Shown piece by piece: positions 53,239 through 64,000 of a stretch of DNA of 64,000 nt (position 1 is the stretch's first letter; each line of letters starts with the position of its first letter). The notes under the pieces were generated by a model that searched no databases, had not been told where the DNA came from, and saw nothing but the letters and a program-made list of their open reading frames with translations. A program made the position numbers and the translations under genes. Origin of the DNA: Camelus ferus (Eukaryota); the NCBI RefSeq assembly GCF_009834535.1, contig NC_045696.1, forward strand, positions 50,160,001 through 50,224,000, in the 5' to 3' direction.

Positions 53239-53665
53239 TTCTTTTTTTAATTGAAATATAGTCAGTTTACAATGTTGTGTCAATTTTGGTGTACAGCATA
53301 ATGCTTTAGTTATACATGAGCATACATGTATTCATTTTCATATGCTTCTTCATTATAGTTTACAGCAAGGTATTGAATAGTTCCCAGTGCTACACAGTAG
53401 GAGCTTGTTGTTTACCTATTTTATATATAGTTAGTATCTGCAAATCTCAAACTCCCAATTTATCCTTTTCCACCCCCTTTCTTCCAGTAACGATAAGTTT
53501 ATTTTATATATCTGAGTTTATTTCCATTTTGTAAATAAGTTCACTTGTGTTTTTTTTTTCCTTAGATTCCATATATGAGTGATACCATATAGCATTTTTC
53601 TTTCTCTTTCTGGCTTACTTCACCTAGAATGACAATCTCCAGGTCCATCGACGTTGCTGCAAATG
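53239..53665 (-). mobile_element. Camelid-type L1 3' fragment, antisense
   Basis: T-rich tail followed by the reverse complement of an L1 3' UTR. 13-bp TSD gaattccaattct at 53226-53238 and 53666-53678. Confidence 0.88.
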
Positions 53666-54920
53666 GAATTCCAATTCTAAGCTCATCAAAACTTCACTGT
53701 TCACCAAACCAGTCCAATTTTCTCAGTGAGTGCTAGAAATGTAAACTCATAAAAACATATTTATACCATTAATATATCCACATTTGTTTTAGGTGTTGGT
53801 GATCCATATAAAATTTTCAATTGGAAAAGATCTGAGAATAAAAACGTTTGACCAACAAAATCATTTATGCCACCTAGTGGTGACTGAGATAAATATGACT
53901 GCTGATTTAAGAAGCTTAACTGGGAGGAAAATGTTGACGATGTGATAATATCTAGTATTAGTATCATTTAAACAAAATGTATTCAGAAGTAGGATATTTC
54001 AGTAAAATCAGTTTGGAAGATTAAATTTAGAAAGGAGAGTAGCTTCCTGGCTACAAGACAAGCAGGAAATCTGAAGTATATGAGAAGATGACACCCCTGT
54101 TTATAATTCCACATTATACCATATCAAACACCACACCACTGTACCAACCTGTTATTTTCATTACAGAGATTTTCTTAAAACACAAAAATTGGGCTACAAA
54201 TGGAAAGAGAGGAAATAAAGAGGCACTAGAAGTAAGGAGAATATTGAATGATGAAGAATAAACAAACAAAGGTTCCTCACAGGTAGGGTTAGCCACTCCC
54301 GTTATACGCAGAATGGAAAGAACAGGGACAAGGGCACTGTGGAGGCACAAAGAAAATGTAAAAGAAGTCATCAGAGGGCCTGAGCTCTACCCCTTCGCTC
54401 TCAGTGCATGTCCCTAAGAACACACACAACCGTTCTGAACTCCCAGACCCAGATCTGTAAAGTGATGTGACACAACAAAGGGACACCTTCAAATTCTAAT
54501 ATTCTACCAGGCAATCACCACAGGAGATATATTCCTGAATCCTTAATTAAAAATAACTTCGATGGTATCAACCTAACAAAACAATCCAGAAACAAAATAA
54601 GTAACAGCACTTTACAGATCTCCTGGCACACAGTAAGCACTTCATCAGTATTAATGATTAGCAGATAGGAGACTTAGAGAGACAGAGACGGGGAAAAAAA
54701 AGGAACAGAGAAAGAGAAAGACGGGAAGGTGAGTCTAGCATGCAGTATTCCTAGTCCCAGTTCTCACACTATCACACATTTAAATACCTAAAAGTGAACC
54801 AAAAATACTCTTATCATCATTCTGTATGAGATACTTCTGTACGTAAAGAATTATTATTTAAGGAAAATACTAACATCACCTTTTGATAAAAAGCAAAAAA
54901 ATGGTCTCTTTACACTCATT

Positions 54921-54989
54921 TTTATTAATCTAGTAAGGCTGGTAGTGGAACTTTTTTATTTAATGCATAAACATGTAAGTCCCTTTATT
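54921..54989 (-). terminator. ATG3: ATG3 polyadenylation signal cluster (short 3' UTR)
   Basis: Three AATAAA hexamers on the minus strand (tttatt at 54984-54989, 54955-54960 and 54921-54926), about 100-170 nt after the stop codon. Confidence 0.7.
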
Positions 54990-55090
54990 AGATAAATTGT
55001 ACATATTGGTGAATATGGTCAATGGTCACATCTATGGGTTAATTCTTTAAAAATAGGAACAGAATTAGGATAGATTCTATGCTCTCTTCG

Positions 55091-55172
55091 TTACATTGTG
55101 AAGTGTCTTGTGTAGTCATATTCTATTGTTGGAATGACAGCTTGTACAAATTTCAAGAAAATTAGAAGATAC
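55091..55172 (-). CDS. ATG3: ATG3 last coding exon with stop codon (approx. exon 12)
   Basis: atttag|G TAT CTT CTA...ACA ATG TAA; 82 nt; [26 protein letters not shown]. Confidence 0.97.
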
Positions 55173-56777
55173 CTAAATGTGTTTAGATAAGGAAAATAAA
55201 TTGGTAAATAGTTCTATGATTTAAGCTAACATTGTAATTATCCATTTTATCAAGCAATAACTTCTCAGGTAAAAATACAGAAGACAAAATCTTAAATCAA
55301 GTATATTAAAAAAAAATTCACTCATGCAAGTTTGTGTCTATTCAACACCAGGTTCTCCATATCTTTAAGAATGTCTAACCCATTCTATTTAATATTTGCA
55401 TGTGAAACTTCTTAGTGAGTATGAGCTCAAGTATTTTGATATAAAAATAAGGGGAAGGCTATATATATTTGAGTCGAAAATGTTCTTTTTACTGCCTTTA
55501 AGTTTGCTACAGCGTGTCAGATAATAAGACAAGGCAAAGAATATAAAAGCACTGAAGCAAAAGAGCAAAAACTAATTAAGTGAAACCACATAAGGACTGA
55601 GTCTAGGTTTGTATACGTACCTGCCATAGAATCTGCTACACTGCACTGTCTTTAATAAAATCCTGAATTTTTTTCTATGCTCCACTGCACTTGGAAACAC
55701 TAAGAGCTTATTTTTTATTGGAGGAATTGATGACTCAACTATGAATTACATAGTCTTCCAAGTTTCTATCTAGCATCCAACAGAGATGAATGTTCAAATT
55801 ATGCGTAACAGGATTTCAGGTTTGGACCAGAAGTTCTTGGTTTGTTTCAGTATCAAACCAGCCCAGTGCTTCTCTGAGGGACATGCTCTATTAGCAACAC
55901 TTAGGTTATCTGTAGTTCTGACACAGTGGTGACTCCTCGGTCTACAACTAACACCGAGTGGCAACTAACAACTAACAACTAACCACCAAGTCTAATAGCA
56001 ATCTAGCACCAAACTAATTCAAGCTTTTTGGAATTCAAATCATTGGCTTTGGCTGCTTTTGATGAATCCATGCTATGGGTACATGTATTTCAGGATCCAG
56101 TAGTTTACTTAATTCCTCTTGCAACCCCAGATAATTGAAGGGGTGCTTTTAGCTGGAGAAAAATGAAAACACTGTATTTTAAGACTACCTGAAATAGGCT
56201 TCATGTGCTTTACTTTTTAATTACCCTACTTGTTTAATCTGAATCCTCTGCTTCAGAGAGACCTCAGACTGACAGAACCCAACTTCACTTTTACATCATG
56301 GGAAAGTGCATTTCTGATAATATGGTAAATCAGAAATAAACTTAAGAAAAAGACGCTCATGTGTTAGCCTCTAAATTCATAGGTTACCCATCTTTCATCA
56401 ATAGATTAAGCCCATTGAGTTTCTTTTCCATCAAGCGTTAACAGTTTTGTAAAGACATACTCTTAGCCATTGCCTCTTCAACAAACAAAAGCATTTGGCA
56501 AGCTGCTACCTAGAAGCACATACTGCTCTGAGGCTCTGCAACAAGGCAGAGCTAATTGGTGCACACAGGGACATGTGCTAATTAACTAAACAAGGCCAGA
56601 ACTACCACAATGTAACATTTTCTAAATAAAAGCTTCCCACTAAGACTTCTAGTTCCTACCAGGGACTAAAACAAGTTATAGGTATTGTGCCATTAAGTTT
56701 ACACTAAATTTCCCAAAAAGGAAAGAAAAAATCTCAGAAGCCAAATTGCCACTAATCACATACACAGGTAAGGATAC
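55173..56777 (-). other. ATG3: U12-type (minor spliceosome) GT-AG terminal intron of ATG3
   Basis: The 5' splice site GTATCCTT matches the U12 consensus RTATCCTT. A branch-site-like TTTTCCTTATC lies at 55196-55186, with its A about 16 nt from the AG, and there is no long polypyrimidine tract after it. Confidence 0.88.
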
Positions 56778-56846
56778 ATATGAACACCAAGCTCTCCTCC
56801 TCCTTCTGCAACAGTCTCAATAATTTTCTTCATCACCTCAGCATGC
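56778..56846 (-). CDS. ATG3: ATG3 penultimate coding exon (approx. exon 11)
   Basis: ttttag|G CAT GCT...CAT AT|gtatcctt; 69 nt; [22 protein letters not shown](M). Confidence 0.96.
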
Positions 56847-58792
56847 CTAAAAGCAAAAGAACAAATCATCTTAGTATAGATCTATTAGATCAAAATAGGA
56901 AAAACAAGTTTTTTGTTTGTGAAGAAGTCTACTTTACTATTGTCAGTGAATTAATTTTAATACATAACAGCAATACTGTAAAATAGTCTCCTCCCTACTC
57001 CCCAAGAAGACAGACTGTTGAGTCATGTAGACAGCTTTACTAGGGTAGAGAATAATTTTAAAAAGCTACAGTAGTCACAAATGAACACAATGGGACTACT
57101 TAGCTTTCCTATAATGCAGACGGAAGAGGGGTGGGGAGGGCAGAAAATCAGAGAAAGGAAAATCATGCCAGAGCATAATTGCAGAGCAAGGGCTGTCTGC
57201 TCTGAGAAACAAAAAAAGAATCAGACCAAGCAAATTTAAATAAGCGACATGGTAACAGTCGGTTAAAAGAAAAACAGAGCTATTTCTAATGCTGTAATTT
57301 TGACTGTTCAAACATTTAGCTGAGAACAAGCCAAAAGTGAGTTAAAGAGAAGCTAATTGGTCAGAATCAAGCAGTTAATATTTTTTTTCCCTTGTTCTAA
57401 TGTGTATTGTAAAAATTATCTGATTCTATTCAAAAAATTTTTTGGCTTCATATAAAGAAAGATATTTATCTGAAGTTTTCCACAAGCTTTTTCGTGGCCA
57501 ACTGGTGTCTCTCCTGTGCCAGAGAAAAGTGATAGCAAAGTAACTGCTTGGGCACATAACGGCATCACAGAAAAGAAATGAACTTTTATACGTATCCTGG
57601 CTTAAATAAAGCCACTTTAATTTTTATGAATATAACCTTCACTGACAGAGGCAGTCACCTTAGAAGATGAGAGTAAATGTATTAGCCCTGAGAATATAAA
57701 GACATAATTTGAGGTAGTTGATGGAAAGGCCTAAAATGTCCTTGCAGTCTCATTTAACAAGCCCCCAGCTCTCTGTGTGTGTGCCACATTTACATTATAT
57801 TCCAGAACAGTTATTTATTAAAATATTTAACATTAACATTACCAGTTAAATTAGTTATCTCTTTTCCCCACTAAGTAAAGTTTATACCTCAGAAAAAGAG
57901 CTGGCTCAGTTTGATAAATGCCATTCTAAAATCTCAAACCATAGAGGGACCAACAAAATAATTCTCAATACGAAAACCTTTTAGGTTATTCTAAACTTAA
58001 ACAATTACTTGAATTACATTTGACATTTAGCAATATTAACAGCCTTGACATAAATTGGAAAAATGAACTAGGCTTTCTATGGGATAAAGTTTAGGAATAA
58101 AGGGGTTGTAAAAAGAAAAAATTTTTTTAGTGTCAAAGGATTTTTAAAAACTAGAATGTTGCATCTAATTAGTCAATGGAGTATCAGAGTTTTCATTTGA
58201 AAAATATTGCTCCCAGAATTTCTCAATGATTTGTAGAAGTTACCCACTAGAAATAACTAACTGAAAGAAATTTGCATGTTAACGTTGTATTTTGTTTCTT
58301 TTAAGGAAAATCCTAAACAAATCATGTATATAGACTCAGCTTCACTTATTTGGCCCTGTTAAAACATTGATTCAAAGAAATCCTAAATTATAAAACCAAT
58401 AAAAGGAGATAAATGGGTCACCTAGAAAAAGCACAGAGTTAACTTTATATTCCACATTCACAGAAAGAAGCATTATAATAGAGCAAACTATATCTAAATG
58501 ATTAGTATTTTTTAACCTAAAAAGGATCTTCCAAACTATTTTGGAGCTTATAACAACAGCAGTAAAATCACAAATATATATTATAACTAAACACACACAA
58601 AGAGCAAAAAAAAAAACATTCTTAATGAATCTAAACAAATTGTTAAGTTTTTTTTCTTATATATTTAAGCATAAAAACATTTCTAAAGAAGACAAAAGAG
58701 AATTTTGTTCATTAAGTAAATTTTTTGTTAGGGCACTATGCTTGCACACACTCCCAAGTAATAAATCCATGAAGAATAATACACACACATAC

Positions 58793-58920
58793 CTGCATGG
58801 GTGAACTGAACACATAGGAGGTGGTGGAAGATGAGGGTGATTTTCAATGGTCACTGTTTTCTTCACATGATCTTGACTGATGTCTTCATACATGTGCTCA
58901 ACCGTTAAAGGCTGTCGTTG
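58793..58920 (-). CDS. ATG3: ATG3 coding exon containing the catalytic Cys (HPC motif; approx. exon 10)
   Basis: ttcag|CAA...TGC AG|gtatgt; 128 nt; [42 protein letters not shown](R). Confidence 0.97.
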
Positions 58921-59693
58921 CTGAAACCATAAAAAAATGCTTTGAAATTACTGTTTTAGGCCTAAACTTCAGTGTTTGTATTTATCCAAACCTCCCATAT
59001 CACTTGCAATTTAGAATTCTAGACTACTCGGAATTACCAGATTATTGGGGGGAAATTATATACCCAGTAGGGAGGGAGGAGACAGTCTGTTCAGCAAGGC
59101 CATGTGACATCAGCCACCATCTAATGCAGTAAAGATCCCACAAAAAAGACAGGTTCATGGCTATCAAAACACTTTATAACTTTATAACATCTTTAAGGTT
59201 TATATCGTTTTATTTTCCTATTTCCCATTTATAGTCATTGTAATGCTGACAGGTTAAACAAGTTAGTTTTATTTTAGTTATCCTTTAATTCAATTATGTG
59301 AATGGGTAAAAAAAGGTTTCTGTATTAAGGGGAAAAAAAAATTACATGCAACATGATCATTCTGTAAATGCCTATATATATCCAAACATCCAATAGATAT
59401 AATCCCAAACACAATTTAATAAAACAAGCCAACTTCAGCTTCCCTCAAATTTTGAAGGTATAAGCTTAGTGACCAAGAAATAAACATGTAACAGATTGTT
59501 TAATTCTTGGTAGTGTTGTTGTCACACTGAATAATTGATAGTTTCTTCAAAATAAGAATCAAAGTCAACATTAATCATAAAATTACAAAACAAATGATTT
59601 CTAAAATTTAAATGGCCAAAATACATACTATGGACATAATGACAAAGGGATGAAACCTAATGATTTAAAACATTTACATGAAAATAAGTTTAC

Positions 59694-59849
59694 CTCATCA
59701 TAGCCGAACAACCATAGTCGTGGCGTCTGGTAATATTTATCGTAAGTGATGTAAAGGTCATAAGTTCTGGTTTGCAAAATAGCATCTTCACCTCCAGCAT
59801 CAGTTTTAGCTTTACAAGCTTCTACTATTTTCCTTGTATCCAGGGTAGC
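59694..59849 (-). CDS. ATG3: ATG3 coding exon (approx. exon 9)
   Basis: ccag|GCT...GAG|gtaaac; 156 nt; [52 protein letters not shown], hallmark ATG3 sequence. Confidence 0.97.
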
Positions 59850-60078
59850 CTGGCAATCGTGGTAAAAAATTTACAATCATTAAAATCACTATGAGTGTGA
59901 TATTTTAGAAAATCTGTTTTCCCACTCTATATATTTTTTTAAAAGCAGATATAACAAAACTCAAAGTTAAAATGTTATATGCTATAAATGATGTACATAT
60001 ATAAAGACTTGTTTGATATATTAAGAACACCAATCCTCAAGTTTATTCATTAAAAATTAAAGAAAGCAATTTACAGAC

Positions 60079-60113
60079 CTCATCTGTTTCCAACAATCCA
60101 CTCTCTTCATATT
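60079..60113 (-). CDS. ATG3: ATG3 coding exon (approx. exon 8)
   Basis: acag|AA TAT GAA GAG AGT GGA TTG TTG GAA ACA GAT GAG|gtctgt; 35 nt; (E)YEESGLLETDE; phase matches both neighbours. Confidence 0.95.
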
Positions 60114-60429
60114 CTGTTATAAAAAGCAACAAAAGATTAATCAAGTTCAAAATAATTTCCTAAACCAAATTACGTATTACTTCAGAGCCATCATTCAAAA
60201 ACTAGGTTTTTGCTTTGTTTCTGACTGAAGATACTGAATAAATGTGAGGGAGCTAATTTTATACTTCCAAAGCAGCAGACACTTTACCTGACAGAGTCAG
60301 AGAAAGTTAGCATGGTTAAGGCCTGGTCTGTGCTACAGACTATTAATAATACCAGCTGGCACAACAGTACTCTGGGGTGGTCAGTGACTCCATAGTATGC
60401 ACAAGGCTATTTATATAATTGCATAAAAC

Positions 60430-61845
60430 GTGCTTGTTAAAGTCATCAGTGATTTCCACTTTGCTGAATCCAGCGGTAAATTCCCAGTTTTCATCTTAAT
60501 TGACTGCACAGGAACATCTAGTATGATTTATTCCCTCCTTGGAAGGTTTTTCTTTTCTCAGCCTTTAAGATACTACATTTTCCTGGCCTTCCTTCCACCT
60601 CATTAGCTTCTCCTTCACTATCTCTTAGACTGGTTCCTCTTTATCATCTCACCATCTCGACCCTTTTTTACCCCTAAACTCTGCAGTAACCAAGAGCTCA
60701 GTTTTTGGACCTTGTCTCTTCTCTATCTACACATACTCCCTTGATGATTTCACCTAGTCCCAATGGCTTTAAATGCTGATGACTCTCAAATGTATTCCCT
60801 GACTACAAATCCTGGATACTTGATTGTTTGCTCCAATGAATGACTAAAGGGCAGCAGAAATATCACATTAAAAACTGAGTTGCTGGGGTTGGGGATGTAA
60901 CTCAGTGGTAAAGTGGGTGCCTGGCGTGCACGTGGTCATGGGTTCAATCCCCAGTGCCTCTGTTAAGGGTGGGGAAAAACAAAAAACCTGAGCTCCTGAC
61001 TCCCCCTCCAGAGCTGTTCAGTCTAGATTTTCCCATTCTCAATTAATGACACTTTTCCAAAAGAAACTCAGGTCAAAAATCTTGACCTCTTGGTTTCTCT
61101 CATATCACATTCAATCCAGCAGCAAATCCTTTTGGGCCCTAGCCTCAAAGTATGTCCAGAATTTTGTGGTTTCTAATCAATTCCAATGTTACTACTCAAG
61201 CCCAAGCCACAGTCATCTCTTGTCTATATTATCAAAATAACCGCCTAACTGTCCCTATCTCTTCCCCCAACACTGAAGTCATAGAGATTCTGTTAAGATG
61301 TTAAATTCCACTTTAGTTGTTCTTCTGTTTAGAAAAGCCCTCTAAAGGCTTCTCATCTCACTTTGACTTAAAGCCAGGGCCCTACACCATCTGGTTCTCA
61401 AGTTACCTCTCTGACCCCATGTCTTATTACCGTCTCCTCACTCTTGTGGAGCCTCCTTGCAGTATTTTATACAAACCACACATACTCCCCCTTCAGGGCC
61501 TTTGCATGCTTCCTCAGACCTCCAAATAGCTTGTTCACTCACTTCCTGCCGGGCTTCACTCAAAGGCATATTCTCGATGAGGTTTTTCTTCACTACCGAT
61601 TTAAAAATTACAACACTCATCCTACCACAGGACTCCCTACCCACTCTGTCCTTTATTTTTCTCCCTAACACTTACAGCCATCTAAGACAGTACTATGTTT
61701 TGCTTATCTACTGTTCTGTTTGTGCCCCCTAAATCAAATGTTAGCTCCATGAGATCATGTCTACTGCATTATCTCCAGCACCAAAGCAGTATCTGATACA
61801 TATACACTGCATTGCCCAACGTATACTTGTGGAATAACGAATGAA
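60430..61845 (+). mobile_element. L2 LINE remnant in an ATG3 intron (interrupted by a SINE)
   Basis: Pyrimidine-rich L2 body (ttctctatctacacatactcccttg...tgctgatgactctcaaat...cttcagggcctttgca) ending ttgtggaataacgaatgaa. Confidence 0.75.
60885..60983 (+). mobile_element. vic-1-like tRNA-derived SINE
   Basis: ggggatgtaactcagtggtaaagtgggtgcctggcgtgcacgtggtcatgggttcaatccccagtgcctct plus an A-rich tail; imperfect TSD aaaactgagttgct / aaacctgagctcct. Confidence 0.8.
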
Positions 61846-63686
61846 AATTGACTGTTACTGTTAGATACAATCGACACTGTTTTTTAAGCAAAATTCGACA
61901 TATAGCAACTCTTTAACTATCCATGGGAAATGTAACAAACATACTAAAAGACTAGTTTTGTCTTTTGTTTCTGCCTGAAGATATTGAATAAATGTGGGTG
62001 AGCTAACTCTATACTTCCAAATCAGTGCTTTATTCATACAATTCCCCACTCCAACTTGGACAACTGTGTGCCATTCAGAGACAGATGGAATCCAGAAAGA
62101 TTATTTGTACAAGAAGGTTGTTCTGACAATTATGAGACATCCAGGTGGAAATGAAACTAAACAAGTAGATCTGAAGTTCAGGAGATCTGGGTTGGGGGTT
62201 TAGACATGGAAGTCTTGAGCAAAGACAGGGTATATGAGGTTGCTGTGAGCAATTCTGGTTACAAGTAATTTACTTGGATTTCTTCAAAGAATGAGATTTT
62301 ACAATGGAAATAAGGACAAGGCTCTCGCTCGATTTCAGGAACAGATATACAGCTAGGTTTCATGGTAACTCAAAAATAAGTTAGGAAACAAACTGAAAGA
62401 TACTTTTAAGTCAAGGCTACTCTGGTGATTAGGCTAGGCTGTGCTGTCACCTCCTCATCGGCAAACACCACTTGCCATTATGGTGCTTCAACTCTACTGA
62501 CGCGACCTACTTCTGCGTGCAACAAAACGTGTCTATCTCACCATAAATTCTATGTGTTTGGGTGATTCAGCACTTCACAGCTTCCAAAATGCCTGCCACC
62601 GGTTTTTCATACTCTTCCTTTTTCCCAACTGCTAACTCTCTCTAAATGCATACATACATAGTCATATTTAAATCCTCATAGAGAATCTAATGTAATTTAG
62701 ATCATCATTTTTCCTGTTGTACATAATTCCATACTGGACCACAGTATGCAATTACAGAAACCGTAAAAGTAGACAAAAATCTACCTGGGAGTGTAAGGAG
62801 TGAGCAGAAAAAAAAAAAGTGAAACCTTATGAAACAGTAACATTTAGCAGCTGGGCAAAAGTAAAAGAACCCCAGAAGAAGATTTAGAAGAAACAGTCAA
62901 GGAAGGAGGAGGAAAACCCCATGTCATAAAAAACAAGGTAGGGAAAAAAAAGAGGAGGAAATGGTTAACAGAATCAAATAAATAATGCAGAGAAGATAAG
63001 TACAATAAAGACAGACTGCATTTAACAGAGAGGTTGCCCTGGTGACAGCAACTTCTTCAACTAATTTTAATCTAAGGTTTCACCTGCATAAAGACTATAA
63101 TGCTTATAAAATATGCACCTTTGAATAGCCATATACATTTAGACTTATATTACCCTGTTGTTAGTACAGTAAGTTTCAGTCTCTTGAAACAATGATTCGC
63201 TGAAAGAGTGATTCTCAGCCGGTATTCCTAGAAAAGCACTTCAGATTCTCACAGAGCAGTGAGGGGTTCTGTGTAGTTCAAAAGACCCCATTAAGAATCA
63301 TTATCATAAGGTTTTAGTAGTAAGATATTATCAAAAAGGAAAAAGAAAATACAAAATGCCAGAACAAATTTCATTCTGTTCTTAGTTTAAGAATTAGCTC
63401 AAGAATCTGTATCTTACAGTTGTACCCAGAATTAAAGATTTATGATTAACACTGATCTCAGCAGAAATAATGCTATCAAGGCTACGGTCTAGGTAAAGCA
63501 GAAGAGTTCTGCACTGTTTAAGATCAAGATAAGTTCTGTACTGATTAAATTTAAACCAAACAAGGCCTCTCTGTGCTGTTAAATGTTAAAATTTAGAACT
63601 CAGTGGAATAGAACTCTTAACTCGAATTACATATATTCCAAAATCAATATTCCACTGTGATTAAAGCAAATTTGGAACACAAATAC

Positions 63687-63771
63687 CTTCCATATCTGCA
63701 GCTTCTCCTTCATCTTCGTCTTCCTCCTCCTCCTCACATAGTACTGAGAAATCTTGGAGTTTTATACTGTC
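63687..63771 (-). CDS. ATG3: ATG3 internal coding exon (acidic flexible region; approx. exon 7)
   Basis: ttcaaag|GAC...GAA G|gtattt; 85 nt; [28 protein letters not shown](E). Upstream exons lie beyond the right edge of the window. Confidence 0.95.
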
Positions 63772-64000
63772 CTTTGAAATTAATTATATTTACAGTCACT
63801 TAAGTATGTTCATTAGTTCAAATACTGAGCATCCACATACGAGCACAGTGCTAACCACTATGAAAGTAAGAGCTATAAGACAGTTGTTATCCTCAGGAAA
63901 CTCCTACTTCAGATAACAAACCCATGAACCAATCATTAAAAGCGATGTCCTACGTGCTGTGATCGAAAAATACAAAAAGCACCAAGAGTTATCTAAGCAA

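Noticed and set aside
55943..55985. Short (CAACTAA)n-like repeat in the ATG3 terminal intron
   Set aside because: Only 3-4 imperfect copies, consistent with ordinary slippage, with no evidence of function.
58657..58893. 78-aa [13 protein letters not shown]... as a standalone protein
   Set aside because: It is an ATG3 exon read past its GTATGT donor at 58792 into the intron.
60885..60960. tRNA genes (also 28911-29058 and 47097-47310)
   Set aside because: The tRNA-like heads carry A-rich tails, mostly with TSDs, and have degenerate stems, so they are SINEs.
1..64000. Prokaryotic-type systems (CRISPR arrays, operons, defence islands)
   Set aside because: The window is intron-containing mammalian DNA, and I saw no regularly spaced repeat-spacer array or dense coding region.

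Overview
AT-rich, CpG-poor, repeat-dense mammalian DNA, most likely a camelid (alpaca, llama or camel), inferred from vic-1-like tRNA-derived SINEs and camelid-type L1 3' ends. Two minus-strand genes can be rebuilt by hand, in the conserved ATG3 -> BTLA order. (1) The last six coding exons of ATG3 (55091-63771) are intact and include the catalytic HPC motif; the terminal intron is U12-type. (2) Exons 1-2 of the immune-checkpoint receptor BTLA (19650-19737 and 4449-4771). The main observation is that the Ig-domain exon of BTLA carries three separate disabling changes: a 1-bp frameshift giving an immediate TGA, an independent Trp->TGA nonsense codon, and loss of the canonical Ig F-strand cysteine. 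The signal-peptide exon and all visible splice sites are intact. BTLA at its syntenic locus therefore looks pseudogenised, or limited to an Ig-less exon-skipped form. The rest is LINE-1, L2/MIR, MaLR/ERV LTRs, hAT MERs and microsatellites, with several nested insertions whose target-site duplications are readable. Almost all supplied ORFs are spurious or L1-derived. Repeat family names and boundaries are by eye and approximate.
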